Assembly (NCBI GenBank): GCA_021810605.1
Contig: JAJZIL010000002.1
Location: forward strand, 1,109-65,108
Length of the DNA stretch: 64,000 nt
Direction of reading: 5' to 3'
From: a bacterium
Lineage (GTDB): Bacteria; Patescibacteriota; Dojkabacteria; JAKAPS01; JAJZLI01
Part shown: positions 20,123-30,150 of the stretch, in pieces
Numbering within the stretch: position 1 is the stretch's first letter
How the letters are laid out: each line of letters begins with the position of its first letter
Made by a program: the position numbers and the translations under genes
The notes under the pieces: generated by a model
What the model was told of the DNA's origin: nothing
Database searches by the model: none
What the model saw: only the letters and a program-made list of their open reading frames with translations

Positions 20123-20532
20123 TGGAGATGGTGGGAATCGAACCCACATCCATGAAGATAAATATATATATAGGGTTACAAGTTTATCAGTTTTAATTTT
20201 GAATTTATCATTTTACTACTGATAAAATAATGATAATTCTAATATTAGTCCAGTTTTGTTTTCATGTTAAAATCTAATATTAAAAATTTTAACACTAATC
20301 TTGTTTTGTTTAAGCAAGATAAAATTTACAAGAATTATTTTATCTCACTCTAAGTTTATTATGCTAAACTTAGATTGTATTGTGGAGTAAAAGTTGATTT
20401 TAAATTTCCAACAAATTCTGACACTTTACTTTTTATATTATTTACATTTATTATTTTAATAATTTTTAAAAGATTATTAAACTTTACTTGCCATATATAC
20501 ATCGATTTTTCTTGTCAAAACCGGTCATCCCC
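20123..20532 (-). ncRNA. ssrA: tmRNA
   Basis: 5' GGGGATGACCGGTTTTGAC; 3' T-arm GTGGGTTCGATTCCCAC plus CATCTCCA; acceptor stem with G3-U alanine identity pair; internal tag ORF ending LSLA TAA TAA; CCA not encoded. Confidence 0.93.
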
Positions 20533-20640
20533 AATTTTTAAAAGATTAATGTAAAAGATAATATATTTAATTATTATAAAAAAGGGCAAAAATACATCAA
20601 CTTTTCATTGTATCATATTTATGCTAATCTTTCAATTAAT

Positions 20641-21222
20641 ATGTTTGGTAGTAAAAAGCGTAGAAATAGTATTAATTTATTAAATAATATTGATCTCCCG
20701 AAGGACTCTTCGGAGTTATTCTATTTTTGGCTTGTTAATTATGGTCGATATATTTTGATTGGAGTAGAAATTCTTGTTATTATAGTCTTTATTTCAAAAA
20801 TATTAGTAGATCAACAATATAATTATGCAGTATTGGATTCTTCTAATTTGCAAAATAAACTTAAATCAAGCAATATTAGATATGATGTATCTAAAATAAC
20901 TTCTTATCAGAGTAAAATAGGTGAAATTGCTATTATATCTAAAGCAAGTTTTAACTATGAGTATGTATTGAATAAAATTTTAAAATTAGTTCCTAATGGA
21001 ATAACTATACAATCTATTAATTTAGCTCAAAATAAACTAACCTTAACAGTAAACTCTAATACTTATGCGCAATCACAGCAATTAGAGAATAATTTTAGGT
21101 CTGATACTAAAAATTTTAATAGTGTATATATTCCATCTTTATCTAATTCAAGTAATATAAATAATTCTAATTCAAGTAATATAAATCTTACTTTGATAGC
21201 AGATATAAATTTAAAAAATTAA
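20641..21222 (+). CDS. PilN-like type IV pilus assembly protein
   Basis: INLL N-terminal motif (PilM-binding motif of PilN), single TM, VPNGITIQSI pattern. Confidence 0.7.
   Translation: MFGSKKRRNSINLLNNIDLPKDSSELFYFWLVNYGRYILIGVEILVIIVFISKILVDQQYNYAVLDSSNLQNKLKSSNIRYDVSKITSYQSKIGEIAIISKASFNYEYVLNKILKLVPNGITIQSINLAQNKLTLTVNSNTYAQSQQLENNFRSDTKNFNSVYIPSLSNSSNINNSNSSNINLTLIADINLKN
21142..21186 (+). repeat. 21-bp direct repeat (period 24) in the PilN-like gene
   Basis: TCTAATTCAAGTAATATAAAT at 21142 and 21166, encoding SNSSNIN twice. Confidence 0.8.
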
Positions 21223-21235
21223 TAAATAAAACTGT

Positions 21236-21877
21236 ATGGAATATCTCAATATAAAAAAAACTAGAGAATATATAACAAATAAGTTTCAAACTAAGAAATA
21301 TAGATTTTATTATTATCTAAGTGCATCTTTAATTACTATTTTGATATTTATAATATTTGCTATATATCCTACAACCACTGATATATTACAAGAATTAAAC
21401 ACAATTACTATAATAAATGGACAAAATACCCAAATGCAACAAAGATATAACTCAATTATAACTACATATTCTCAGTATAGAAAAATAATAGTTCCTAATA
21501 AATCAGTACTCTCTCAATCTTTTCCTAGTAATGATAATACTGGATTCATATTTGCAAATATTTATCAAATATTAAAAAATAATAATTTACATTTAAGTTC
21601 AATAAGTTTTTCTTCTAGTAATTTAACAAATATTATTCAATATCTACCTCAAGTAAATGGAATTAATAATGTAAATATATCTGTATCAGTTTTTGGGTCA
21701 TATAAATCATATTTATCATTTTTATCAACTATATCTAGATATCCTCAAAAAATATTAATATATAATACAAATTATGTCCCAGTTACTAATAATCAGAATT
21801 CATCTGGTATTGATATAGGGAGTTTACTCCAAGAAAAAGGTTATATATCTTTTAATGCAATAGTATTTTATTATTAA
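21236..21877 (+). CDS. PilO-like type IV pilus assembly protein
   Basis: N-terminal TM (IFAIYPT), coiled segment, ISVSVFGSY..Y..FL..I...P pattern; follows pilN-like gene. Confidence 0.65.
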   Translation: MEYLNIKKTREYITNKFQTKKYRFYYYLSASLITILIFIIFAIYPTTTDILQELNTITIINGQNTQMQQRYNSIITTYSQYRKIIVPNKSVLSQSFPSNDNTGFIFANIYQILKNNNLHLSSISFSSSNLTNIIQYLPQVNGINNVNISVSVFGSYKSYLSFLSTISRYPQKILIYNTNYVPVTNNQNSSGIDIGSLLQEKGYISFNAIVFYY

Positions 21878-21886
21878 GGTAATTTT

Positions 21887-22132
21887 ATGAAAAAAGTATT
21901 TAATATAGTAGTATTAACATTTATAGTTGTACTTATGTGGATTGTATTTTCTATCTATTCTATATATACAAGTAAACATTCTCTAATAAATATCCCATCA
22001 TCTGATACAACAAGTTTTAATAATTTCTTAAGTATTACTGAGTTTAATATATTAAAGAAGGATCAAAAATATATATGTATAACTAAAGAGTTTACCGTTC
22101 AGAAGTGCTTAAATTCTAATGTTACTAATTAA
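21887..22132 (+). CDS. small single-TM hypothetical protein
   Basis: 81-aa ORF with N-terminal hydrophobic helix after the pilO-like gene. Confidence 0.65.
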   Translation: MKKVFNIVVLTFIVVLMWIVFSIYSIYTSKHSLINIPSSDTTSFNNFLSITEFNILKKDQKYICITKEFTVQKCLNSNVTN

Positions 22133-22188
22133 TCATATAATTTAAAATCTATTATTTCATAATTTATCTCGTTAAGAATTTATACTAG

Positions 22189-22218
22189 TTGACAATATAG
22201 ATGTGAGTATGTTAGTAT
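22189..22218 (+). promoter_or_regulatory. putative rpoBC promoter
   Basis: TTGACA-18 bp-TAGTAT with TG extended -10. Confidence 0.5.
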
Positions 22219-22333
22219 TATTTTATTGTATTAATTGTGTTTTAATGAATAAAGCTTCATTACTTTTTTTTGTTTTTAAATATTAATCTCTTAAGTGAGT
22301 TAATTTTTTTTGTTTATATAATATTAAATATAC

Positions 22334-25300
22334 ATGGATAGAATAAATCTTTCAACCGTTTATCATTCAAATAACAAAATTTTCGATTACCCGGATTTAA
22401 TAGAAGCACAAATAAACTCATATAATTTATTTCTTGAAGAGAATATTAAGTCTTTATTTGATGAAATTAATCCTATTGTTGATAATACTGGGAAATTGTG
22501 GGTTTTAGAATTTTTGGATTATAGGTTTGGAGATATTAGTCGATCTCCTAAAGAAGCTATAAGAAAAGGTTTGAGTTATGTAAGGCCTCTTTATTTTAAT
22601 GTAGAGCTTACTAATAAGGTTACAGGTGAAGTAAAAAATCAAGAACTTTTTATTGCAGAATTACCTGTTATGACTGAATCTGGAAGTTTTATTATTAATG
22701 GACATGAGAGAGTTGTGATTCATCAAATAGTAAGGTCAGAAGGAGTTTTATTTACTGAGAATGGTAAATCATTCAATAATAAACAGAGTTTATATTCTGC
22801 AAAACTTATTACAGCAATTGGTCCTTGGGTTACATTTGAAGTTAATAAGCATAATGTTATGTCTTTGAAATTTGCACCTAGGAAAAATAAAATATTAGTA
22901 ACAACATTGCTTAGAGCTTTAGGTTATTCTACAAATTCAGATATATTAAATTTATTTTCAGATGTAGATAATAATCAAGATAGAAGGTTTATTGATTCTA
23001 CATTAGTTAAAGATACTACTCATAATCATACGGAGGCAGTATTAGAAATTTATAGAAAGATAAGACCTGATATCTCAGTAAATTATGATAATGCTTTAGC
23101 TTATATTAATAGTTTATTTTTTAATCCAAGAAAGTTATATTTAGGAAAAACAGGTAGGTATAAATTAAATAAAAAATTAGGATTTGATAGACCTCTGAAT
23201 AAAGATAATTATGTCTTATTTAAGGAGGATATTGTAGCTATAATAAAAAGATTGATAGAGGTAAATAATGGTACTGTTCCTGCTGATGATGTAGATTCAC
23301 TAAGTAATAGAAGAGTTAAAAGTGTAGGAGAATTACTTTCAGATTACATTAGAGTAGGTGTAAGGAGAGTAGAAAAGATAGTAAAAGATAGAATGAGTAT
23401 TATGTCAGCAGATGAACTGTTAACTCCTTCAATGCTTGTAAGTGCAAAGCCTTTTGTATCTGTTATAAATGAATTTTTTGGGAGTAGTTCTGTATCTGTG
23501 TCTATGGATCAGGCTAATGTTTTAAGTGAAATTAGTAATAAGAGAAGAGTTACTGCAGGTGGTCCTGGAGGATTAACTAAGGAGAGTGCTACTTTTTCAG
23601 TTAGAGATATGCATTATTCTCAATATTCTAGATTATGTCCTGTTGAAACTCCAGAAGGACAACATATTGGAATAGTAAATCACTTAAGTATATATGCTAA
23701 GATAAATGAGTATGGATTTATAGAAACTCCATATGAAAGAGTTTTAAATACAATATCTTTTGATTCTAAAAATTTAGAGAATAGAAAGTTAAGAGTTGAC
23801 TTGGTAATAGGGAGTAAGAAATATAAGTCTGGTGAAACTATTAGTCCGGATATTGCAAGTGAGATTAAGAAAAACAAGATAGAAAATATATTAGTATTTC
23901 CTTATTTATCTGGTGAAGTAGAATATTTTGATGCAGATGAAGAGTATAATTTTATTATTGCAAGTTTAAATACTAATATAGATAGTAATGGAAATATTTT
24001 AGATAATATATTAGAAATCAGATCTAAAGGTGAATATTCTTTAGGTAACTCATTATTAATTAATTATATTGAAGTTTCAACAACACAGATAGGTGGGGTA
24101 TCTTTAAATCTTATTCCATTTGCTGCAGGTAATAAAGCAGATAGAACATTAATGGGATCAAATATGCAGAAGCAAGCAGTACCATTAATTTCTCCAGATG
24201 CACCAATAATTGGTACAGGAGTAGAAGGTGTTATAGCAAGAAATTCTCATAGAGCATATTTTGCAAAAGATGATGGAGTTGTAGAATATGCTGATTCAAA
24301 GAGAATTAGTGTTGAATATAAAAATAAAGAAAAAGAAACTTATTTTGCAGATAAATTTATTCCAACAAATAAATCAACATCATTTACTCAAAAAGTAGTA
24401 TTGAATAAAGGAGTTAATTTTAAGAAGGGCGATGTATTAGTAGATGGTCCAAGTATGAATGATGGTGAATTAGCTTTAGGAAAAAATTTATTAGTAGGTT
24501 ATATGATGTATGAAGGATATAACTATGAAGATGGTATAGTTATTTCAGAAAGATTAGTTAAAGAAGATGTTCTTACTTCTGTACATGTAAAATGTTATAC
24601 ACATGACATTAAAGAGACTAGATTAGGCCCAGAAATGACAACAAGAGATATTCCTAATGTATCTTTAAATTCTTTGAAAGATTTAGATGATAATGGAATA
24701 GTTAGAGTTGGAGCATATGTTGAATCAGGGAATATTTTAGTAGGAATAGTTGCTCCAAAAGGAGAAGTAGAACTTACTGCAGAAGAAAAATTATTAAGAT
24801 CAATATTTGGAGATATTGCAAAAGATGTTAGGGATAATTCTCTACGTGTTCCTAATGGAGAGTCTGGTGTTGTTACTGATGTCGAAATATTGGAAAGAGA
24901 GGATGATTCTAATAAACTCTCTCCAGGTGTCATAAAACAAATAAAAGTCTGGGTTGCTAGAACTCATAAAATTGGTTTAGGAGATAAGCTTTCAGGTAGA
25001 TTTGGAGATAAAGGTGTTATTTCAAAAATACTTCCAGTTGAAGATATGCCTTATTTGGAAGATGGAACACCTTTAGATGTATTACTTTCTCCTGCTAGTA
25101 TAACTAGAAGGTTAAATTTTGGACAATTACATGAAGTTCATTACAGTAAAGTTGCAGAAAAAATAGGATCTAATTTAGCTTTTCCAATATTTTCTCAAAT
25201 TGATGAGACAAAATTAAACAAATTAATAAAAGACTATAATATAACAGATAAAGATTTAGAAGATAAAGTATCATTATATGATGGAAGAAATGGTCTTAAG

Positions 25301-25825
25301 TTTGATTATAAGATTACAGTTGGAAAAAGATATATTTTAGTATTAGATCATCTTTCTGATTCTAAAGTTCATGCTAGATCTACAGGAAGTTATACTGTAG
25401 TAAATCAACAACCTTTAGGTGGTAAATCTAATATGGGTGGAATGAGATTTGGAGAGATGGAAGTATGGGCACTAGAAGCTTATGGAGCTGCTTATACATT
25501 ACAGGAGATGTTATCTATTAAATCAGACGATATAATAGGTAGATCAGAAGCATATAAATCAATTATTCATAATAGGAAAATCCAAATGGTTGGAATTCCT
25601 GAATCATTTAAGGTTTTATTGTCAGAGTTGAAATCTTTATGTTTGAATATTGAGCCTATTGATGTTGTAATAGAGAAAGCTATTGAAGAAGAGGAGTATG
25701 ATCTTCCTGAGGATGTATTAATTGGGGAAGGTCAGATTGTAAAGGAGGATGGAGAAAATGAAGTTATTGAAGATATTTTATTGGAAAATGATCCTGCATT
25801 ATCAGACGCAGAAGATATAAATTAA
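22334..25825 (+). CDS. rpoB: RNA polymerase beta subunit
   Basis: FIINGHERV, CPVETPEG, GYNYED, HARSTG, RFGEMEVWALEAYGAA. Confidence 0.99.
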   Translation: MDRINLSTVYHSNNKIFDYPDLIEAQINSYNLFLEENIKSLFDEINPIVDNTGKLWVLEFLDYRFGDISRSPKEAIRKGLSYVRPLYFNVELTNKVTGEVKNQELFIAELPVMTESGSFIINGHERVVIHQIVRSEGVLFTENGKSFNNKQSLYSAKLITAIGPWVTFEVNKHNVMSLKFAPRKNKILVTTLLRALGYSTNSDILNLFSDVDNNQDRRFIDSTLVKDTTHNHTEAVLEIYRKIRPDISVNYDNALAYINSLFFNPRKLYLGKTGRYKLNKKLGFDRPLNKDNYVLFKEDIVAIIKRLIEVNNGTVPADDVDSLSNRRVKSVGELLSDYIRVGVRRVEKIVKDRMSIMSADELLTPSMLVSAKPFVSVINEFFGSSSVSVSMDQANVLSEISNKRRVTAGGPGGLTKESATFSVRDMHYSQYSRLCPVETPEGQHIGIVNHLSIYAKINEYGFIETPYERVLNTISFDSKNLENRKLRVDLVIGSKKYKSGETISPDIASEIKKNKIENILVFPYLSGEVEYFDADEEYNFIIASLNTNIDSNGNILDNILEIRSKGEYSLGNSLLINYIEVSTTQIGGVSLNLIPFAAGNKADRTLMGSNMQKQAVPLISPDAPIIGTGVEGVIARNSHRAYFAKDDGVVEYADSKRISVEYKNKEKETYFADKFIPTNKSTSFTQKVVLNKGVNFKKGDVLVDGPSMNDGELALGKNLLVGYMMYEGYNYEDGIVISERLVKEDVLTSVHVKCYTHDIKETRLGPEMTTRDIPNVSLNSLKDLDDNGIVRVGAYVESGNILVGIVAPKGEVELTAEEKLLRSIFGDIAKDVRDNSLRVPNGESGVVTDVEILEREDDSNKLSPGVIKQIKVWVARTHKIGLGDKLSGRFGDKGVISKILPVEDMPYLEDGTPLDVLLSPASITRRLNFGQLHEVHYSKVAEKIGSNLAFPIFSQIDETKLNKLIKDYNITDKDLEDKVSLYDGRNGLKFDYKITVGKRYILVLDHLSDSKVHARSTGSYTVVNQQPLGGKSNMGGMRFGEMEVWALEAYGAAYTLQEMLSIKSDDIIGRSEAYKSIIHNRKIQMVGIPESFKVLLSELKSLCLNIEPIDVVIEKAIEEEEYDLPEDVLIGEGQIVKEDGENEVIEDILLENDPALSDAEDIN

Positions 25826-25846
25826 TTATTTTATTTATTACTAAAT

Positions 25847-28800
25847 ATGTTAAAAGATTTTAAAGCTCTAAAGATAAGTTTAGCATCTCCATCTCAGATA
25901 TTGGATTGGTCTCATGGAGAAGTTAAAAAAGCAGAAACTATTAATTATCGAACTCAGAGGGCTGAAGTAGGTGGATTAATGTGTGAAAAGATTTTTGGGC
26001 CAACAAAAAATTATGAGTGTTACTGTGGAAAATATAAAAAAATAAGATATAAAGGTATTATTTGTGATAAATGTGGAGTAGAAGTAACTACTAGAAGTGT
26101 TAGAAGAGAAAGATTAGGTCATATAAAATTAGCTTCTCCAATAACACATATTTGGTTTGTGCACGAAGTTCCTAATAAATTATCTTTATTATTAGATATT
26201 CCTCAGAAAAAACTTATATCTGTTGTATATTTTTCTAGATATATTGTTTTATCAGTAGATGAAGATAAGAAAAAAGAATCAATTGAATTAGTTAAGGCAA
26301 AAATTGAAAAGGATCAAACTGAGTATGAGAATCAATTAAATGAAAAAATAAAATCTTTGAGTAATGAACAAGAAGATAAATTAAAAGAATTAAAGGCTAA
26401 GTTAGAAAAAGATGGAATAAATAGTGAATCAATTGATCTTCACTTAGAAAAAGAAAACTTCAAGTTTAGACAAAAGGTTGCTAGATTAAAAGAGGAAGAA
26501 TCTTTTGGATTTGAAGATATCGCGAAGGGTAATGATAATCTTCTAGATTTAGTAAAGAAAATAAATGTAGGTGAAGTAATCTCAGAAGAAGAATATGGAA
26601 ATCTGTTGGACAATGAATTAGAATTTTATGAATTAGACATGGGTTCTGATTCTATTAGAAAACTTTTATCTAAATTAGATTTAGAGGCATTATCTATAGA
26701 ACTTTATAAGGATATAAATTCAAAATCTGCACAAAAACGAGTAAGAGCTATACAAAGATTAAAAATAATAGAAGGTTTCAGAAAAAATAATATGAAGCCA
26801 GAATGGATGGTTTTGGATGTTATTCCAGTTATTCCACCTGATTTAAGACCTATTATTCAATTATCTGGAGGAAAATTTGCTACATCAGATTTGAATGACT
26901 TATATAGAAGAGTTATTAATAGAAATAATAGATTAAAAAAATTAATGGATCTAGGTGCTCCTGATGTAATACTTAGAAATGAGAAAAGAATGTTACAAGA
27001 GAGTGTAGATGCTTTATTTGATAATCAACACAGACCTTCTCCTCCAGTTGTAAATTCAAGGAGAATTCCTTATAAATCTCTTTCTGATAATATAAGAGGA
27101 AAGTATGGTAGATTTAGAGAAAACCTTTTAGGAAAAAGAGTAGATTATTCTGGAAGAGCTGTTATTACTAGTGGTCCAGAACTTTCATTAACTCAATGTG
27201 GACTTCCTAAAAAAATGGCATTAGAATTATTTAGACCTTTTGTTATGAGAGAAATTCTTTATAGAGGGTTGTCTCCTAATATAAAAAGTGCAAAAGTATT
27301 TTTTGAAAATGCAACTCCTGAAGTATGGGATATCTTAGAAGAAGTTATTAAAGATAGACCTGTACTTTTAAACAGGGCTCCTACTTTACATAAACAAGGT
27401 ATACAAGGATTCTTTCCAATACTTATTGAAGGAGATGCTATTAAATTACACCCATTAGTTTGTGCAGGATTCAATGCTGATTTTGATGGAGATGCTATGA
27501 CTGTACATGTTCCTTTGTCAGATGAAGCAATAGAGGAAGTTAAGAATTTAACAATGGCAGACAGTAATCTATTTCTTGCATCTGATGCAACTCCGGTTGT
27601 TACATTAAAACAAGATATGGTTTATGGTTGTTATTATGTTACTTCTATAGAAAAAGTTAATTTAGATAAAGTTTTTTCATCAGTAGAAGATTTATTATCT
27701 GGATACAATAAAAATATTATATCTCTAAGAGAGTTAGTTAAAGTTAGAATGGATAATAATTTGATTGAAACTTCAGCAGGAAGAGTTATATTCAATAATT
27801 CTTTACATGGTAGTGTGAATCAATTTATTAATGAACCTGTAAATGATTCAATAATAACAAATATTGTAGTTAGTGCAGTAGATATAATTGGGAAAAAAGA
27901 AACCTTATTAATGTTAGATGATTTAAAGAATTTAGGGTTTAAATATGCATTGCAATCTGATTTTTCTATTTCAATTGAAGATTGTGAAATGTTACCAAAT
28001 AAAAGTGAAATAATATCAGAGGCAGATAAGAAAATAGAAAAGATTGCTGATAGTTTTAAAGAGGGTTTAATAACAAGGAAAGAAAGGGTGCAACTTTCTA
28101 CAGAAGTATGGATAGGAATTACAGATACTATTGCTGATTTATCTTTAAAGAATCTTAAAGAAGGGAATTTATTTAAGACTATTGTTGAAAATAAATTTAT
28201 GGGAGCTAACATAGATCAATTAAAACAAATTATTGGTATGAAAGGGCTTGTTTTAGATCCTAATGCTAATATAATTGAGCTTCCAATTAAATCAAACTAT
28301 GTTAAAGGGCTAAGTGTTTTTGAATATTTAGTAGAAGCTAGATCATCTAGAAAAGGTTTAGCAGATGTAGCATTAAGAACATCTAACTCAGGATATTTAA
28401 CTAGAAGAATGGTAGATGTTTCTCATGATGTAATAATTAGGTTAGAAGATTGTAATAATTTTGGAGAAGGATATAAAATCTTTAAGAATGATAATAGAAA
28501 ATTAAGTTTTGAATCTAGAGTTTATGGTAGAGTATTAGCAGAAGATATAAAAAATAAAAAAGGTGAAATTTTATATTCTGTAAATACCATAATTGATAGA
28601 AAATTATCTAAAGATATAGATAAAAATAAGGAAGTTGAATCTGTATCAGTTAGGACTCCTTTAACATGTGGAGCTCAATATGGATTATGTGCAATGTGTT
28701 ATGGTTATGATATTAGTGAAAATGAATTAGTAACTGTTGGAAAAGCAGTAGGAGTTATAGCTGCTCAATCTTTGGGACAAAAAGGTTCTCAATTGACGCT

Positions 28801-29716
28801 TAATTCGAAGCATTTATCAGGAATTATGGGAGGAGTAGATATGTCTAGAGGATCCCCTAGAATAGAAGAGCTTTTAGAAGCTAGGATTCCTAAAGGAGAG
28901 GCTAAAATTGCTGATATAGATGGTATTGTAAAAATAGAAAATGTTAATAATACTGTTAAACTTAGAATTATTTCTGAAAAGAATATAAGACAAGATTATG
29001 TATTAGTTAAAGGAGATATTCCTTCTTTTGAAGGAGAGAAGAAAGTTTCTCCTGGAACTTTATTATTTGTAACAAAAAATGGGACTCAAGTAGTAGCACC
29101 ATTTAAAGGTATTGCAAAAATAGAGGATGGTAAAGCATATGTTGAGAGTTTAAAAGCTTTAGAAGTTGAATATACATTTGATCCAGAGGAGATAATATTA
29201 GTTTCTGATAATGATAAAGTTATGGCAGGGACTCTTTTAACAAAAGGAAATATAGATCCTAATGTTTTATTAAAGGCTGTTGGTATAACTCAAGCTCAAA
29301 AGTATATAATAGATAACTTATTAGATACATATGAGAATCAAGGTATAAGTGTTTATGATAAACATATCGAAATTTTAGTATCTCAAATGGGTAGATATGT
29401 AAAAGTTCTTGATCCAGGAGATAGTGATGTATTACCAGGTTCATATAAAGATATTTTCTTTATAAATGACCAAAATAAAAAGTTAAAAGAAATGAATTTA
29501 AAAGAGATAAAATTTGAAAGAAAATTATCTGGAATAACAGTAGCTGCATTGCATACAGAGAGTTTTCTCTCTGCAGCATCTTTCCAAGAACAAGTTAGAG
29601 TTCTTTCAGAGGCAGCAATTACGGGAAAAGTAGATTACTTGCGTGGTTTAAAGGAAAATGTTATTATTGGACGTAAAATTCCTGTCGGGGATGAAGCAAG
29701 ATTAGTTAATGGATAA
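25847..29716 (+). CDS. rpoC: RNA polymerase beta' subunit
   Basis: ETINYRT, zinc finger, GKRVDYSGR, NRAPTLH, catalytic NADFDGD, GLKENVIIG. Confidence 0.99.
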   Translation: MLKDFKALKISLASPSQILDWSHGEVKKAETINYRTQRAEVGGLMCEKIFGPTKNYECYCGKYKKIRYKGIICDKCGVEVTTRSVRRERLGHIKLASPITHIWFVHEVPNKLSLLLDIPQKKLISVVYFSRYIVLSVDEDKKKESIELVKAKIEKDQTEYENQLNEKIKSLSNEQEDKLKELKAKLEKDGINSESIDLHLEKENFKFRQKVARLKEEESFGFEDIAKGNDNLLDLVKKINVGEVISEEEYGNLLDNELEFYELDMGSDSIRKLLSKLDLEALSIELYKDINSKSAQKRVRAIQRLKIIEGFRKNNMKPEWMVLDVIPVIPPDLRPIIQLSGGKFATSDLNDLYRRVINRNNRLKKLMDLGAPDVILRNEKRMLQESVDALFDNQHRPSPPVVNSRRIPYKSLSDNIRGKYGRFRENLLGKRVDYSGRAVITSGPELSLTQCGLPKKMALELFRPFVMREILYRGLSPNIKSAKVFFENATPEVWDILEEVIKDRPVLLNRAPTLHKQGIQGFFPILIEGDAIKLHPLVCAGFNADFDGDAMTVHVPLSDEAIEEVKNLTMADSNLFLASDATPVVTLKQDMVYGCYYVTSIEKVNLDKVFSSVEDLLSGYNKNIISLRELVKVRMDNNLIETSAGRVIFNNSLHGSVNQFINEPVNDSIITNIVVSAVDIIGKKETLLMLDDLKNLGFKYALQSDFSISIEDCEMLPNKSEIISEADKKIEKIADSFKEGLITRKERVQLSTEVWIGITDTIADLSLKNLKEGNLFKTIVENKFMGANIDQLKQIIGMKGLVLDPNANIIELPIKSNYVKGLSVFEYLVEARSSRKGLADVALRTSNSGYLTRRMVDVSHDVIIRLEDCNNFGEGYKIFKNDNRKLSFESRVYGRVLAEDIKNKKGEILYSVNTIIDRKLSKDIDKNKEVESVSVRTPLTCGAQYGLCAMCYGYDISENELVTVGKAVGVIAAQSLGQKGSQLTLNSKHLSGIMGGVDMSRGSPRIEELLEARIPKGEAKIADIDGIVKIENVNNTVKLRIISEKNIRQDYVLVKGDIPSFEGEKKVSPGTLLFVTKNGTQVVAPFKGIAKIEDGKAYVESLKALEVEYTFDPEEIILVSDNDKVMAGTLLTKGNIDPNVLLKAVGITQAQKYIIDNLLDTYENQGISVYDKHIEILVSQMGRYVKVLDPGDSDVLPGSYKDIFFINDQNKKLKEMNLKEIKFERKLSGITVAALHTESFLSAASFQEQVRVLSEAAITGKVDYLRGLKENVIIGRKIPVGDEARLVNG

Positions 29717-29722
29717 AAAAAT

Positions 29723-30136
29723 ATGGCAAGAGTATCACAATTAGTAAGAAAACCTAGAAAAAGTAAAGTAAGAAAGTCTAAGTATAAAGCTTTAACTTTT
29801 GTTTATAATTCTAGGAAGAATAAGTATACTAAAGTAACATCTCCTTTTAAAAGAGGAGTATGTACTGTAGTTAGGACAACTACTCCTAAAAAACCTAACT
29901 CAGCATTAAGAAAAATTGCTAAAATTAGGTTGTCGAATCGTATGGAAGTAACTGCATATATACCTGGAGAGGGACATAAATTACAAGAGCACTCTGTTGT
30001 ATTAATAAGAGCAGGTAGAGTTCCTGATGTCCCTGTTGCTAAGTATCACATTGTAAGAGGTACTTATGATGATTCTGAGGGTGTAGAGAATAGAAAGCAA
30101 TCTAGGTCTAGATATGGAGCAAAAAGAGCTAAATAG
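29723..30136 (+). CDS. rpsL: 30S ribosomal protein S12
   Basis: [36 protein letters not shown]. Confidence 0.98.
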   Translation: MARVSQLVRKPRKSKVRKSKYKALTFVYNSRKNKYTKVTSPFKRGVCTVVRTTTPKKPNSALRKIAKIRLSNRMEVTAYIPGEGHKLQEHSVVLIRAGRVPDVPVAKYHIVRGTYDDSEGVENRKQSRSRYGAKRAK

Positions 30137-30150
30137 ATTAAAAAAAAATT

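Noticed and set aside
20123-20532. tmRNA or tRNA-Leu as an integration site for an island carrying the tyrosine recombinase
   Set aside because: No duplicated 3' end of either RNA was seen, the flanks are housekeeping or pilus-assembly genes, and there are no phage or conjugation genes
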